NCBI GenBank assembly: GCA_902605365.1
Contig: CACLCM010000001.1
Coordinates: forward strand, 82,595 to 146,594
Direction: 5' to 3'
Length of the DNA: 64,000 nucleotides
Source: an uncultured Candidatus Poseidoniales archaeon
GTDB lineage: Archaea; Thermoplasmatota; Poseidoniia; Poseidoniales; Poseidoniaceae
Position 1 is the stretch's first letter, and every line of letters starts with the position of its first letter. The notes under the pieces were generated by a model. The model made no database searches. It had not been told where the DNA came from and saw only the letters and a list, made by a program, of their open reading frames with translations. The position numbers were made by a program, and so were the translations under genes. Positions 34,904-43,718 of this stretch are shown here, piece after piece.

Positions 34904-36691
34904 ATGAAAGCCGTTTTCCTTTCGATACTTCTCGTTATTTCAGGAGCATTTGCAGGATGTCTGAATTATGAAGATGAAGATGAGGAACCAGAATTTTTTG
35001 GTGAAGTGTACTGGCAAGAAAATGGTGTAGCATTGATTTGGGTTGATGAGTGGTTGTATTATGGACTACCAAAAATCAATGGGGGTTGTGATGAGTGGAA
35101 TGTCATTTTAGATGATGAAATTGATTGGGATAAATTCACAGTCGTAGAAGGTCAGCCCATAGGTGATGTTTGTTTTGACGTAGCTAGAGATGAAAAGCAT
35201 GTATCAACTTACACTGGAGATTATTTTGAAATTTGTATTGTAGGAGATGAGGAAGATTTTTGCTACGACATACACCTAATCGACGGCGGCATAATTCGTT
35301 ATTATGATGGATATTATGTCATGTGTACCTTCTATGCAAGCGACATAAGAGAGCCAACTGGGGGGTACGAAACCACCCCTGTTCTCTTAGTAGATGATGA
35401 AGAGTGGCACGAGCAGTTTGCAGATTTTGTAAGGGATTCTCAAGATGCAGCAGAAGAAATTGGATGCCTGACACCATCATACGATAATTTAGATGTCCCT
35501 TCGGGACCATGGATTAGCATAGATGAGATTGATGAAGATGATGAGGAGGACTATCCTAGATGTGAATTGATATGGCCTGAAGATGCTTTCAAGGCAGCAA
35601 TATATTCCTTCATTGCAGAGTATGAACTACTCTATGGTGCTTCAGTTGGTTGTTTCTTAGATGATTATGCTGACCAAACCTACGAAGATGTTGCCTTTGA
35701 CTTGGAGGATAATTTCTTCTCCTCGGATGCCTTGGAATACGCCCAAAATTGGGTTGACACAAATGCCCAAGAATATGGACAGGAATCATTTAACTTATCT
35801 ACAGAATTCAACATCGCAGGTGGAGGATTAGGCCACATAAACGGAACAACTCAACCTGAGCCAGTAGAGTGTAGTGAAAGTGGAGATGAAACTCCTGCTC
35901 AATCTACAAACTCATCTATATTCACAATCCAAGAAAACCCTCACGTTAACCAATCTGGAATGGCTTGCTTCACCAAATATGTCGAAGTATTTGGATTAGG
36001 CGTGTATGCTGAATCAGGACTTAGTGACGAACAAGTACTGCATGCAGCTGATGTATTAGCAGAATTACTAGACAATGACGAAGATGGGGTTGCTGATGAC
36101 CAAGCCTTGCTGTCAAGGCTGCAAGACATGAATGCTCTTGTTCCGATGTTCAATTCTGAAGAAATTGCTGAATCTCCTGCTCTTTTGGATTTCGAGGAGA
36201 ATTACAATGGCAATGGCGTAGGTGCAGTATTATTTGCAAACGAAGTAGATCCTGAAAATCCAGGGCTTTGGGGCGCAGATGCAACTATCGAGGAGATAAT
36301 GCACACAATCAATCATATTGGTCATGTTCATTTGTATCCAGATGCTTTTGGTTTAGAACCTAATTCATCGTTGCTAAGTGATGCAATGGACGAAGCAAGA
36401 GGTGGTCAATTCGTTGAACATCCTGGCGAATATCCTGAGGATGCATGGTATCATTACGACGATGTAACGTGCGAATACGATTGCATGGCTATCGAATACC
36501 TCTACTGGGCTCAAGTCGCAAATATGGGCTTACTGAATGATACTGAGACTTGTGATGGTATTGATGATGAATGGCAGCCATGCTCGAAGGAATTGTTGGA
36601 AAGTATGGATGTGCTAATCTATGCTCTAGTTACCGACCCACAGTATATGCTGCCTCAAATTGCGCCTGATGGTCAATATAATCCTGAATGA
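34904..36691 (+). CDS. Highly acidic secreted lipoprotein, unknown function
   Basis: Signal plus lipobox MKAVFLSILLVISGAFAGC. It is Asp/Glu-rich throughout and has a His cluster, EEIMHTINHIGHVH. The ORF is open from TTG 34898. Confidence 0.7.
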   Translation: MKAVFLSILLVISGAFAGCLNYEDEDEEPEFFGEVYWQENGVALIWVDEWLYYGLPKINGGCDEWNVILDDEIDWDKFTVVEGQPIGDVCFDVARDEKHVSTYTGDYFEICIVGDEEDFCYDIHLIDGGIIRYYDGYYVMCTFYASDIREPTGGYETTPVLLVDDEEWHEQFADFVRDSQDAAEEIGCLTPSYDNLDVPSGPWISIDEIDEDDEEDYPRCELIWPEDAFKAAIYSFIAEYELLYGASVGCFLDDYADQTYEDVAFDLEDNFFSSDALEYAQNWVDTNAQEYGQESFNLSTEFNIAGGGLGHINGTTQPEPVECSESGDETPAQSTNSSIFTIQENPHVNQSGMACFTKYVEVFGLGVYAESGLSDEQVLHAADVLAELLDNDEDGVADDQALLSRLQDMNALVPMFNSEEIAESPALLDFEENYNGNGVGAVLFANEVDPENPGLWGADATIEEIMHTINHIGHVHLYPDAFGLEPNSSLLSDAMDEARGGQFVEHPGEYPEDAWYHYDDVTCEYDCMAIEYLYWAQVANMGLLNDTETCDGIDDEWQPCSKELLESMDVLIYALVTDPQYMLPQIAPDGQYNPE

Positions 36692-36907
36692 AATTATTCG
36701 GAAATTGTCCAATCAAACACCTTGGCTACTTGCCCAGGTATACAAGATTCCACTCAATACACAACATGCATAGAAAACAGCCCTAATTGGATTGTACTTC
36801 ACGGCTTCAAACCAATACCTCGGATTCAACAGATACAACATGAGAGTTATTCTTACTTAGTCCATTGTAATACTATTGCTTGTAATTGTAGATATCAAAT
36901 AAAATAT

Positions 36908-38737
36908 CTACTCTTCACTGTCTTCTAATTGTGAATCGTAAATTTGTTCTAATTCAGCGGCTCTTTCTTCTGAAATACCAAATGTTTTAGCCTGGAATTT
37001 GAGCATTTTTCGCTCATCATCAGTAACAAACCGATCTTCCATTGCGATTCCATATGCCTCGGAATATGCATTTTCTTTATCCATGCGAAGAACTTCTGAT
37101 TCAGTCATCTGCGCTTGGATTTTAAATTCATCATATTGAATAAATCCATCTTGATTCAAATCAATTTCTTTGAAAAATTCAGACTGAGTTTCTGGAGGCA
37201 GTTTCGCAACTTCCGGAGATTGAGAAAATTCCTCTGGCGAAATTACTTCATCGTTATTTTTGTCCATTGATTCAAACGCCTCTTTGATTTCCCTCTCATC
37301 GATTGGTGCTAGACCAGTAGTTCCAAAGACACTCATCATATTTATCCCGCTTGAGCCATATTTCTCGGCTAGTCCTTCAGGAGTCTCGCGACCTTCTTCC
37401 AACTTGTCATACCATTCTTCAAGGTAAATTTTCTTCTCTTCATTAATCCCGTAAGCTTTCGCTTGGAGATCTAACATAGAACGTTCATTTACGGTAATCT
37501 TTCCATCCTTTTTTGCAAGAGAGTACATCTCAAGGTAACCTAATTCTTCCTTTGTGTGAGATTCAGGAAGAAGTTTTGACGAGATGATACCTATTGTCTT
37601 GATGATCGGTTTTCGCAGGATAATAAGTGGTAAACCAATTATTACGCCTCCAATCCAACCTTGGTCAAATATAGTTTCCATCACTTCAGTGCTTACTAAA
37701 AATAGAATTGCGCCCACTCCAGCGAAGATTGCAGTGCTGAATGTTTTCCGTAATTGTTCATCAATTCCAAACATGTCATTTTTGATAACTGCATATGTAA
37801 AAATGATACCTTCAAACAATGCAGCTAATACAACGGCGGTTGGCATCAGTGGAGCTAGTGCAATTAGGATTGCAGGGACATACTGGTCTGCATTGAAAGG
37901 ATTTGTACTCAGATTTGGCGATTCGCCGAGAATAGAAATAATCGTAAATAGAATCATAGTTGTCACAATTTGTAAAGTAGTCTTGCCAATGAATCCTAGT
38001 CGAACTGCACGCACTTCTCCAATGAGGTTTGCATTTCCTTCTGAATTTATTCTCTTCTGCGACTTTCCTACTGCGATTGTTGCAATTATTGCCCCAATAA
38101 GCGGGATGAAAAGTAGAACCTGTGTTAGTGGGCCAAGTGCGACATTAGAGTATGTCAAGGGATATACTGATGCATATTTTTCAGGACATGTAACTTCAAA
38201 GGGCAAGGGGTTGCCTGAAGCGGTAGTGCCTTGTCCAGCGCCTACTCCTTCACAGTAAATCCAGCCAATATCTCCAATCGCTACACTTGTTCCTCCCAAA
38301 AGGTGGCTTAAACCAATAATTAGTGTGAAACTGATTATCGGGAGAACGTATAATCCATGGAAACGGAAAAAGTCTTTAACTTTCTTAGCCCATTTCTTTT
38401 CACTGTAAAATGCGCCTGCCAAAATGTACAGAACAAATAATTGAAACGACATAGTGTAGTAAACTATTCTTGCAGGCTTTAGAACGCTCAGGAAACTTTC
38501 AGGCCAAGCATAGACCCAGAACAACATTGCTGTAGCGCATCTCAGTGCTTCAGTAAATAACATCAATGCCATAAATCGATTTTTAGCCTCTTTTGGACCT
38601 GCCTTCAATATAAGGTAAGAAAGGAAAATCAGGAAAACCGCTGCAAAAATACTGAAAATAGCAAGTAAGCCCCAGTATCCCAAGAATGAACCTGAAGCGC
38701 GCCAATAATATGAGAGTGGCGAGCCTACATCTGCCAT
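36908..38737 (-). CDS. Polytopic membrane protein with cytoplasmic C-terminal region carrying two EF-hand loops and two TerB-like/co-chaperone-like repeats
   Basis: About 10 predicted helices in the N-terminal 380 aa. EF loops are DKNNDEVISPEE and DLNQDGFIQYDE. Repeats are KDGKITVNERSMLDLQAKAYGINEE and EDRFVTDDERKMLKFQAKTFGISEE. Confidence 0.75.
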   Translation of the reverse strand: MADVGSPLSYYWRASGSFLGYWGLLAIFSIFAAVFLIFLSYLILKAGPKEAKNRFMALMLFTEALRCATAMLFWVYAWPESFLSVLKPARIVYYTMSFQLFVLYILAGAFYSEKKWAKKVKDFFRFHGLYVLPIISFTLIIGLSHLLGGTSVAIGDIGWIYCEGVGAGQGTTASGNPLPFEVTCPEKYASVYPLTYSNVALGPLTQVLLFIPLIGAIIATIAVGKSQKRINSEGNANLIGEVRAVRLGFIGKTTLQIVTTMILFTIISILGESPNLSTNPFNADQYVPAILIALAPLMPTAVVLAALFEGIIFTYAVIKNDMFGIDEQLRKTFSTAIFAGVGAILFLVSTEVMETIFDQGWIGGVIIGLPLIILRKPIIKTIGIISSKLLPESHTKEELGYLEMYSLAKKDGKITVNERSMLDLQAKAYGINEEKKIYLEEWYDKLEEGRETPEGLAEKYGSSGINMMSVFGTTGLAPIDEREIKEAFESMDKNNDEVISPEEFSQSPEVAKLPPETQSEFFKEIDLNQDGFIQYDEFKIQAQMTESEVLRMDKENAYSEAYGIAMEDRFVTDDERKMLKFQAKTFGISEERAAELEQIYDSQLEDSEE

Positions 38738-38881
38738 GATAATTCGTTTTGAACTCGGTACTTATTACTAGTCCCGGCAACAAAACCTCTAGTGTATTTC
38801 ATCGGTTTTTTTGTGGTCATGATTTGTTTTTTATTAGTAGACAGTCAGCAGATTGAATAAAACTGTACAGTTGGGGACTTC

Positions 38882-40078
38882 ATGGACAGACCACAACGCA
38901 GTGCTTTGGCTCATCATTGGACTCTTGATCCAACTTGTGTTTTTCTTAACCACGGTTCTTTCGGAGCATCTCCTAAGTTCATTATTGATGAACAGCGTAA
39001 GTGGCAAGATATTCTGGAGAATGAACCGGTCCGCTTCTTTGAAGAAACTCTGCATGGTGTGATGCTAGAAACTAGGAAATCCCTCGCTAAGATGCTAACC
39101 TGTGACCCTGAAGATTTGGCCTTAATAGAAAATGCAACATCGGGAGTAAATACGATTCTGCGTTCATTAAAATTTGCTCAGGGCGATGAGATACTCGTAC
39201 CCGACCATGCTTATCAGGCCTGTAAAAACACCATCGATTATGTGAGCGAAAAGTGGGGTGCAAAAGTGGTTACGTGCCATATTCCATTCCCGGTTGATAA
39301 CGCAGATGTTGCCTATGATGCAATCATGTCTGGTGTCTCTTCAAGAACAGTTCTTGCATTGATTGATACAGTTACTAGTCCAACCGGATTACTGATGCCT
39401 TTTGAGAAAATAGTCCACGACTTAGAATCCAAAGGTGTTCACGTCATGCTTGATGCAGCACATGGAATTGGAATGGTTCCACTTAATTTAGACCGTATGG
39501 GTGCTTCTTTCACCACGAGTAATTGCCACAAGTGGTTATGTGCTCCAAAAGGAACTGCTTTCCTCCATGTTCGCAAAGACCTACAACCTCAGATCCATCC
39601 TCTTACAATCAGCCATGGAATGAGTTTCCCATTAGGAGATACTACTCGCTTTAGGCATGAATTTGACTGGACAGGAACTCGTGACTTGACGGGCCATTGT
39701 ACTCTTCCAGTACTGATAGACGGAATGGCAAAATTAGTCGAAGGTGGCTGGCCTAGCATCATGAAGCGAAATCACGACCTAGCCATTGAAGGCAGGAATA
39801 TTCTGTGCCAACGCTTAGGAATTTCAGCCCCCTGTCCTGAAGATATGATTTCATGCATTGCAACTTTGCCTCTACCTAGCGGTTCAAGCGGTGGAATACC
39901 CTTGCATGAACCAGACCCACTTCACGAGACACTTCAGAAGAAATATGGCATCCAAATCCCAGTATGGTCGTGGGAATCACCTCAGGGACGTTATATTCGA
40001 ATCTCAGCTCAATTGTACAACCATGTCGATGAATATCATTACCTCGCAGATGCACTTGCAAACGAATTGAACATTTAG
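38882..40078 (+). CDS. Class V aminotransferase (isopenicillin-N epimerase / cysteine desulfurase-like, PLP-dependent)
   Basis: FLNHGSFGASP at the N-terminus and SNCHKWLCAPKG (PLP lysine context) are present, with the overall length typical of the family. Confidence 0.7.
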   Translation: MDRPQRSALAHHWTLDPTCVFLNHGSFGASPKFIIDEQRKWQDILENEPVRFFEETLHGVMLETRKSLAKMLTCDPEDLALIENATSGVNTILRSLKFAQGDEILVPDHAYQACKNTIDYVSEKWGAKVVTCHIPFPVDNADVAYDAIMSGVSSRTVLALIDTVTSPTGLLMPFEKIVHDLESKGVHVMLDAAHGIGMVPLNLDRMGASFTTSNCHKWLCAPKGTAFLHVRKDLQPQIHPLTISHGMSFPLGDTTRFRHEFDWTGTRDLTGHCTLPVLIDGMAKLVEGGWPSIMKRNHDLAIEGRNILCQRLGISAPCPEDMISCIATLPLPSGSSGGIPLHEPDPLHETLQKKYGIQIPVWSWESPQGRYIRISAQLYNHVDEYHYLADALANELNI

Positions 40079-40127
40079 TTCGTGGAACTAATCAAGATTC
40101 TATAAACCTCAGAATTAGTAGCGGGCT

Positions 40128-40769
40128 ATGAGGAGGCTAATGTTACCAATTTTGGTACTAACTCTCCTTAGTGTTACAGTTAGTGCAGAAACTTACATCA
40201 TTACTGGTAGAGCAACATATGCAGACAATTCTCAAGTCCAACTATACGACATCACCATCGATTGTGAGCCAGGAGAAAGTAACTGTTTACAATTCAATGG
40301 GGCCACAACTCAGACCGACCGATATGGGAATTTCACCTTGGCTATTGGTGTTGATGAAAGCGATGACGGGACTAGGATTCTGTTGAAACTTAGAGGCGAA
40401 GAGTTCCCTCATACAATCGACCTCGACTTGCTAGAAGCATCAGGAGGATCAATCACCCAAGACATAAAACTCGAACAATATCCTACACCAGCAAGTTCAG
40501 GCTTTGGCTCAGGTTGTTGCCTGTTGTTATTTGTTATCATGGCCCTATACGCTATTACCAAGACTGCAAGAATGCTTTCCACACCTCAAGGAAGAATGGA
40601 ATTTAGAGGATTCAAACCCGCAAGGACTCTTGAGTGTCCAACATGTGGTGAGGTAGTTGCTCAGCATCAATTACTGAAACATCTGGTTGAAGTCCACGAT
40701 ATGGAATTGGTAGAAGCTGGAGAGTTAACCGGTAAAGCTATGCGAACTATTTGGTCAGAGGAAGAATAA
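40128..40769 (+). CDS. Single-pass membrane protein: extracellular CarboxypepD_reg-like beta domain, TM, cytoplasmic C2H2-like zinc finger
   Basis: Signal MLPILVLTLLSVTVSA, then YIITGRATYADNSQV. TM helix CCLLLFVIMALYAI. The finger is ECPTCGEVVAQHQLLKHLVEVH (C-x2-C-x11-H-x4-H). Confidence 0.65.
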   Translation: MRRLMLPILVLTLLSVTVSAETYIITGRATYADNSQVQLYDITIDCEPGESNCLQFNGATTQTDRYGNFTLAIGVDESDDGTRILLKLRGEEFPHTIDLDLLEASGGSITQDIKLEQYPTPASSGFGSGCCLLLFVIMALYAITKTARMLSTPQGRMEFRGFKPARTLECPTCGEVVAQHQLLKHLVEVHDMELVEAGELTGKAMRTIWSEEE

Positions 40770-40811
40770 GTTCTCGAATAATCAAAAGTAATAGGACCAT
40801 TTCAACGAAGC

Positions 40812-41171
40812 ATGGACAAAATCAATTTCTCAGAGAAATTGGCTAAATTTTCAGACCACTGGTCGCCTAAAGTAATCGCAGAAATGAACGATTATCAATT
40901 CAAATTAGTCAAGTTAGAAGGCGAATTCGATTGGCATGACCATTCCGATACAGATGAGGTTTTCATCGTCATAGAAGGGTCAATGAAAATCGAAATGGAA
41001 GACAAAGTAGTCGAACTAAATGCAGGTGAGATGTATGTTGTTCCCAAGGGCGTAACTCACAAACCTACAGCCGAAAAAGAATGCAAAATAATGTTGGTTG
41101 AGCCAAAAGGCGTGATCAATACCGGTGAGGCAGATAGTGATCTAACTGCAGAAAACGATGTCTGGATTTAG
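40812..41171 (+). CDS. Cupin domain protein
   Basis: GEFDWHDHSDTDEVFIVIEGSMKIEM...GEMYVVPKGVTHKP contains the two cupin motifs. Confidence 0.8.
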   Translation: MDKINFSEKLAKFSDHWSPKVIAEMNDYQFKLVKLEGEFDWHDHSDTDEVFIVIEGSMKIEMEDKVVELNAGEMYVVPKGVTHKPTAEKECKIMLVEPKGVINTGEADSDLTAENDVWI

Positions 41172-41476
41172 AATTCAAAATCTTGTCCACAACTTGGACA
41201 TTCATACAAATCGTCTTCATCAGTTCCTACATTGATTTCCGCTTCACAATGAGGGCAGATAACAATGATATCTTCTTGAGGTGAAGACTCACTTGCTACC
41301 ATGGAGTCAATCAGGGCATGATTGGCACTAATTATTGCTGTAAATATAGAACCCAGTATTGCGGTCATAATTAGTAAACCACCTACATAGCTCCAAATAT
41401 CGAACCCATCACCTAACACTAAAGCAATGAATAGTCCGAAGAGGGCCAGAATCCCCCATCTAGCGAACCAGTTCAT
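41168..41476 (-). CDS. Small membrane protein (2 TM) with C-terminal zinc ribbon
   Basis: Helices WGILALFGLFIALVLG and LLIMTAILGSIFTAIISA. The ribbon is CPHCEAEINVGTDEDDLYECPSCG. Confidence 0.65.
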   Translation of the reverse strand: MNWFARWGILALFGLFIALVLGDGFDIWSYVGGLLIMTAILGSIFTAIISANHALIDSMVASESSPQEDIIVICPHCEAEINVGTDEDDLYECPSCGQDFEF

Positions 41477-41541
41477 ATCTATCGAAATAAGGTCATTAGG
41501 AAAAATGTATCTCCTGAATTAATCACAGATTAATCTGAATT

Positions 41542-42447
41542 TTATTTGGGATTTATCCAAGTTTTTAGATTTCGCATTGAAGAGAAAACTCCTCTAAAGA
41601 AACCACTAAGCAAGAATGCACATAGAGCAATAGTCATCGCCCATCCCCAGACATTGGTTATCGCTTGCATCTCACCATCTGTAAGCATTAGAGACAGTGT
41701 AGTTGCTAAGCCAACTCCAATTGAAGTTTTGATTCGATTAGGTAATTCCATTGACAACAAGGTACCTGCTTTAGACTGGCTCGTGAGAAGGAATAGTGTC
41801 CAAATTGCAGTTCCTAATGGCCAAACCACCGCTTTGGTCTCCATTCCACTAAATTCAATTCCTCTATCTTGTAGCTGGAAATCAATGACTATCAATATCA
41901 CAGCCCAAAGTACTGAGAAACCTAGAGTTACCAGGATTTGATTAATTGAGTGATTAACTTCTCCACCTAATCCTCGCTCTACATTATCTGACTGTTTTTC
42001 TTCGGTCTCAGAATCTGAAGAATTTTCTACGGTTTCGGAATCATTGTCTTCCAGTTTTGTATTATTTTGAACTTTAATTTTTAGTTCCTTAACTTCCTTC
42101 TCAAGTGCTTGAATATCTTGAATTAATTTTTCATGTTCTTTAGTAGGAATTGTAACCATTGGAGGTAATTTCTCGTTATCGACGAGTATTTTTTTGTATT
42201 TGTCGTCCTCTTTGAGAGATTCCACAAACTCCTCCCTTTTCTTTTGCCGGTTCTCAATCATTTCATCCTTCTTTTGACTCGCCTTTACGGCCATCTCAGA
42301 TGTCCATTTTGAAGTGGCATCAATCGCTTTGCTTGTGCCGTCCACAACTTTCTTACCAGTTATTTCTAAACCCGATTTTATATTTTCAAGGTGTTGATTT
42401 AATTTAGAATCATTATCATTTAACGACTCTTGATTTTCATCTTCCAT
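41542..42447 (-). CDS. Membrane protein with N-terminal coiled-coil/acidic region and 4 C-terminal TM helices
   Basis: ATG 42447 (MEDENQESL) lies 11 nt after the upstream stop. The ORF is open from TTG 42474. A KELKIKVQ coiled-coil-like stretch is followed by hydrophobic helices. Confidence 0.65.
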   Translation of the reverse strand: MEDENQESLNDNDSKLNQHLENIKSGLEITGKKVVDGTSKAIDATSKWTSEMAVKASQKKDEMIENRQKKREEFVESLKEDDKYKKILVDNEKLPPMVTIPTKEHEKLIQDIQALEKEVKELKIKVQNNTKLEDNDSETVENSSDSETEEKQSDNVERGLGGEVNHSINQILVTLGFSVLWAVILIVIDFQLQDRGIEFSGMETKAVVWPLGTAIWTLFLLTSQSKAGTLLSMELPNRIKTSIGVGLATTLSLMLTDGEMQAITNVWGWAMTIALCAFLLSGFFRGVFSSMRNLKTWINPK

Positions 42448-42458
42448 CAACACAACTC

Positions 42459-43169
42459 CTACTCGGCGCACCAACTAGGTCTTTCTGTCTCGTATTTAGC
42501 AGAATCCTCTGAATATGAGTTTGAATCTTTCACAAGTAGAATACAGGTACCTTCAACCTCATCTGTTGAAGAATCATCTTCATCGATTTCTAGGCTGATC
42601 CAACTCATCCACATCGCTTTTTCATCATCACTAAATCCTTGTTTCAGTGTTTGCACGATTATGGTTGATTCACCATTACCATTGTTGATTTCACTTGTTA
42701 AGGTGACCACATCATCCTCAATTTCCCAAGTAGCATCATTTCCAGTTCCATCTTCAAATGTTCCATCGATATCAAAAGTGAATATTTGCCCATCAGCCTT
42801 AGTCCAAGAGCCTTCGATTGGATGGGTTGATGCAGGGATTTGGAACACAAGATAAACAACAAAAATTACGGCAACTAAGCCTAAAATTGAGAAAACGATT
42901 TTCTTATTTTCTTTGATGCTGACCTTGGTATTATCGTAGTACACTCCTGCTTTGAATATCATTCTATCAAAATTGAATGAATCAGTGTTCTTTCCAGCAG
43001 TTGATACCGGTTTGGAAGGTATCGCTTCATGGCCAGGAGGCGGGGCTGGGTCTGGCTTTCTGCCATCTAATGAGAACTCAGGGAAATATCTCAGCGTATG
43101 CTCAAGAGCTTCCTCTTCAGTGTACCCTTGTTCGATTAAATCATCATGATAAGCTAATTGATCTGACAA
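42459..43169 (-). CDS. Single-pass membrane protein, unknown function (cytoplasmic LIEQGYTEEEA motif, Pro-rich linker, extracellular beta domain)
   Basis: MSDQLAYHDDLIEQGYTEEEALEHTLRYF. TM helix IVFSILGLVAVIFVVYLVF. It abuts the flanking genes. Confidence 0.65.
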   Translation of the reverse strand: MSDQLAYHDDLIEQGYTEEEALEHTLRYFPEFSLDGRKPDPAPPPGHEAIPSKPVSTAGKNTDSFNFDRMIFKAGVYYDNTKVSIKENKKIVFSILGLVAVIFVVYLVFQIPASTHPIEGSWTKADGQIFTFDIDGTFEDGTGNDATWEIEDDVVTLTSEINNGNGESTIIVQTLKQGFSDDEKAMWMSWISLEIDEDDSSTDEVEGTCILLVKDSNSYSEDSAKYETERPSWCAE

Positions 43170-43718
43170 TCAATCACCTTCTAACATCTCTTCGATTGAT
43201 TCAGTTTCGGAAGTATCATTGTTCAGTTCTAGAATTTCACTTAGTTCGTGGTCTGAATCTTCTTTAGTCTCACTTTCTTCAACTTCAGAATCATTCATAT
43301 TCCAGTGAAGGAATCCACTAAGTCCAAGCATTCCCCATAATATTAGAGGTGGAGCTAGTTCAATATTCAGAGAGATACTGTAGATGAATGGAGGTGTCAG
43401 TTCTGCTTCAACCTGAAATCCGCCACCTTCTGCTACCATTCTTACCAAAATAATCCACAAGAAAACGCTTGTGCCTAGGAAAGCAGTCATTCTTGCTAAA
43501 GAGCGGCCACTGCTGAACAAATATATGCTTAACAGCATTACAGCAGTTACCAATCCGTAAGATGCTGCACTAAATTCAGTAGACGCATAACTTGTTTGAT
43601 ACATCGGTACTAGTGCGCCGAATAGAGTGTGAGGTATTGCTACAATTAACAACCAAAGGTTGGGGTTCAACATACTCTTTAGGTCGGTTTTTAAAACACG
43701 CTCTAATACTTCACCCAT
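43170..43718 (-). CDS. Four-TM membrane protein with acidic C-terminal tail
   Basis: 182-aa ORF with four hydrophobic segments. Its start shares nt 43718 with the upstream gene's stop. Confidence 0.65.
   Translation of the reverse strand: MGEVLERVLKTDLKSMLNPNLWLLIVAIPHTLFGALVPMYQTSYASTEFSAASYGLVTAVMLLSIYLFSSGRSLARMTAFLGTSVFLWIILVRMVAEGGGFQVEAELTPPFIYSISLNIELAPPLILWGMLGLSGFLHWNMNDSEVEESETKEDSDHELSEILELNNDTSETESIEEMLEGD

Noticed and set aside
36692-36907. A 216-nt gap between convergent genes, inspected for a small RNA (C/D box, tRNA-like) and for ORF 36722-36928
   Set aside because: I found no C (RUGAUGA) / D (CUGA) box pair, no cloverleaf and no strong hairpin. The 68-aa ORF has no start context and runs into the convergent gene's 3' end.
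37584-38258. 224-aa plus-strand ORF
   Set aside because: It is antisense to the polytopic membrane gene 36908-38737, whose frame runs 609 aa with coherent TM helices and EF-hands. The plus ORF has low-complexity composition and no start context.
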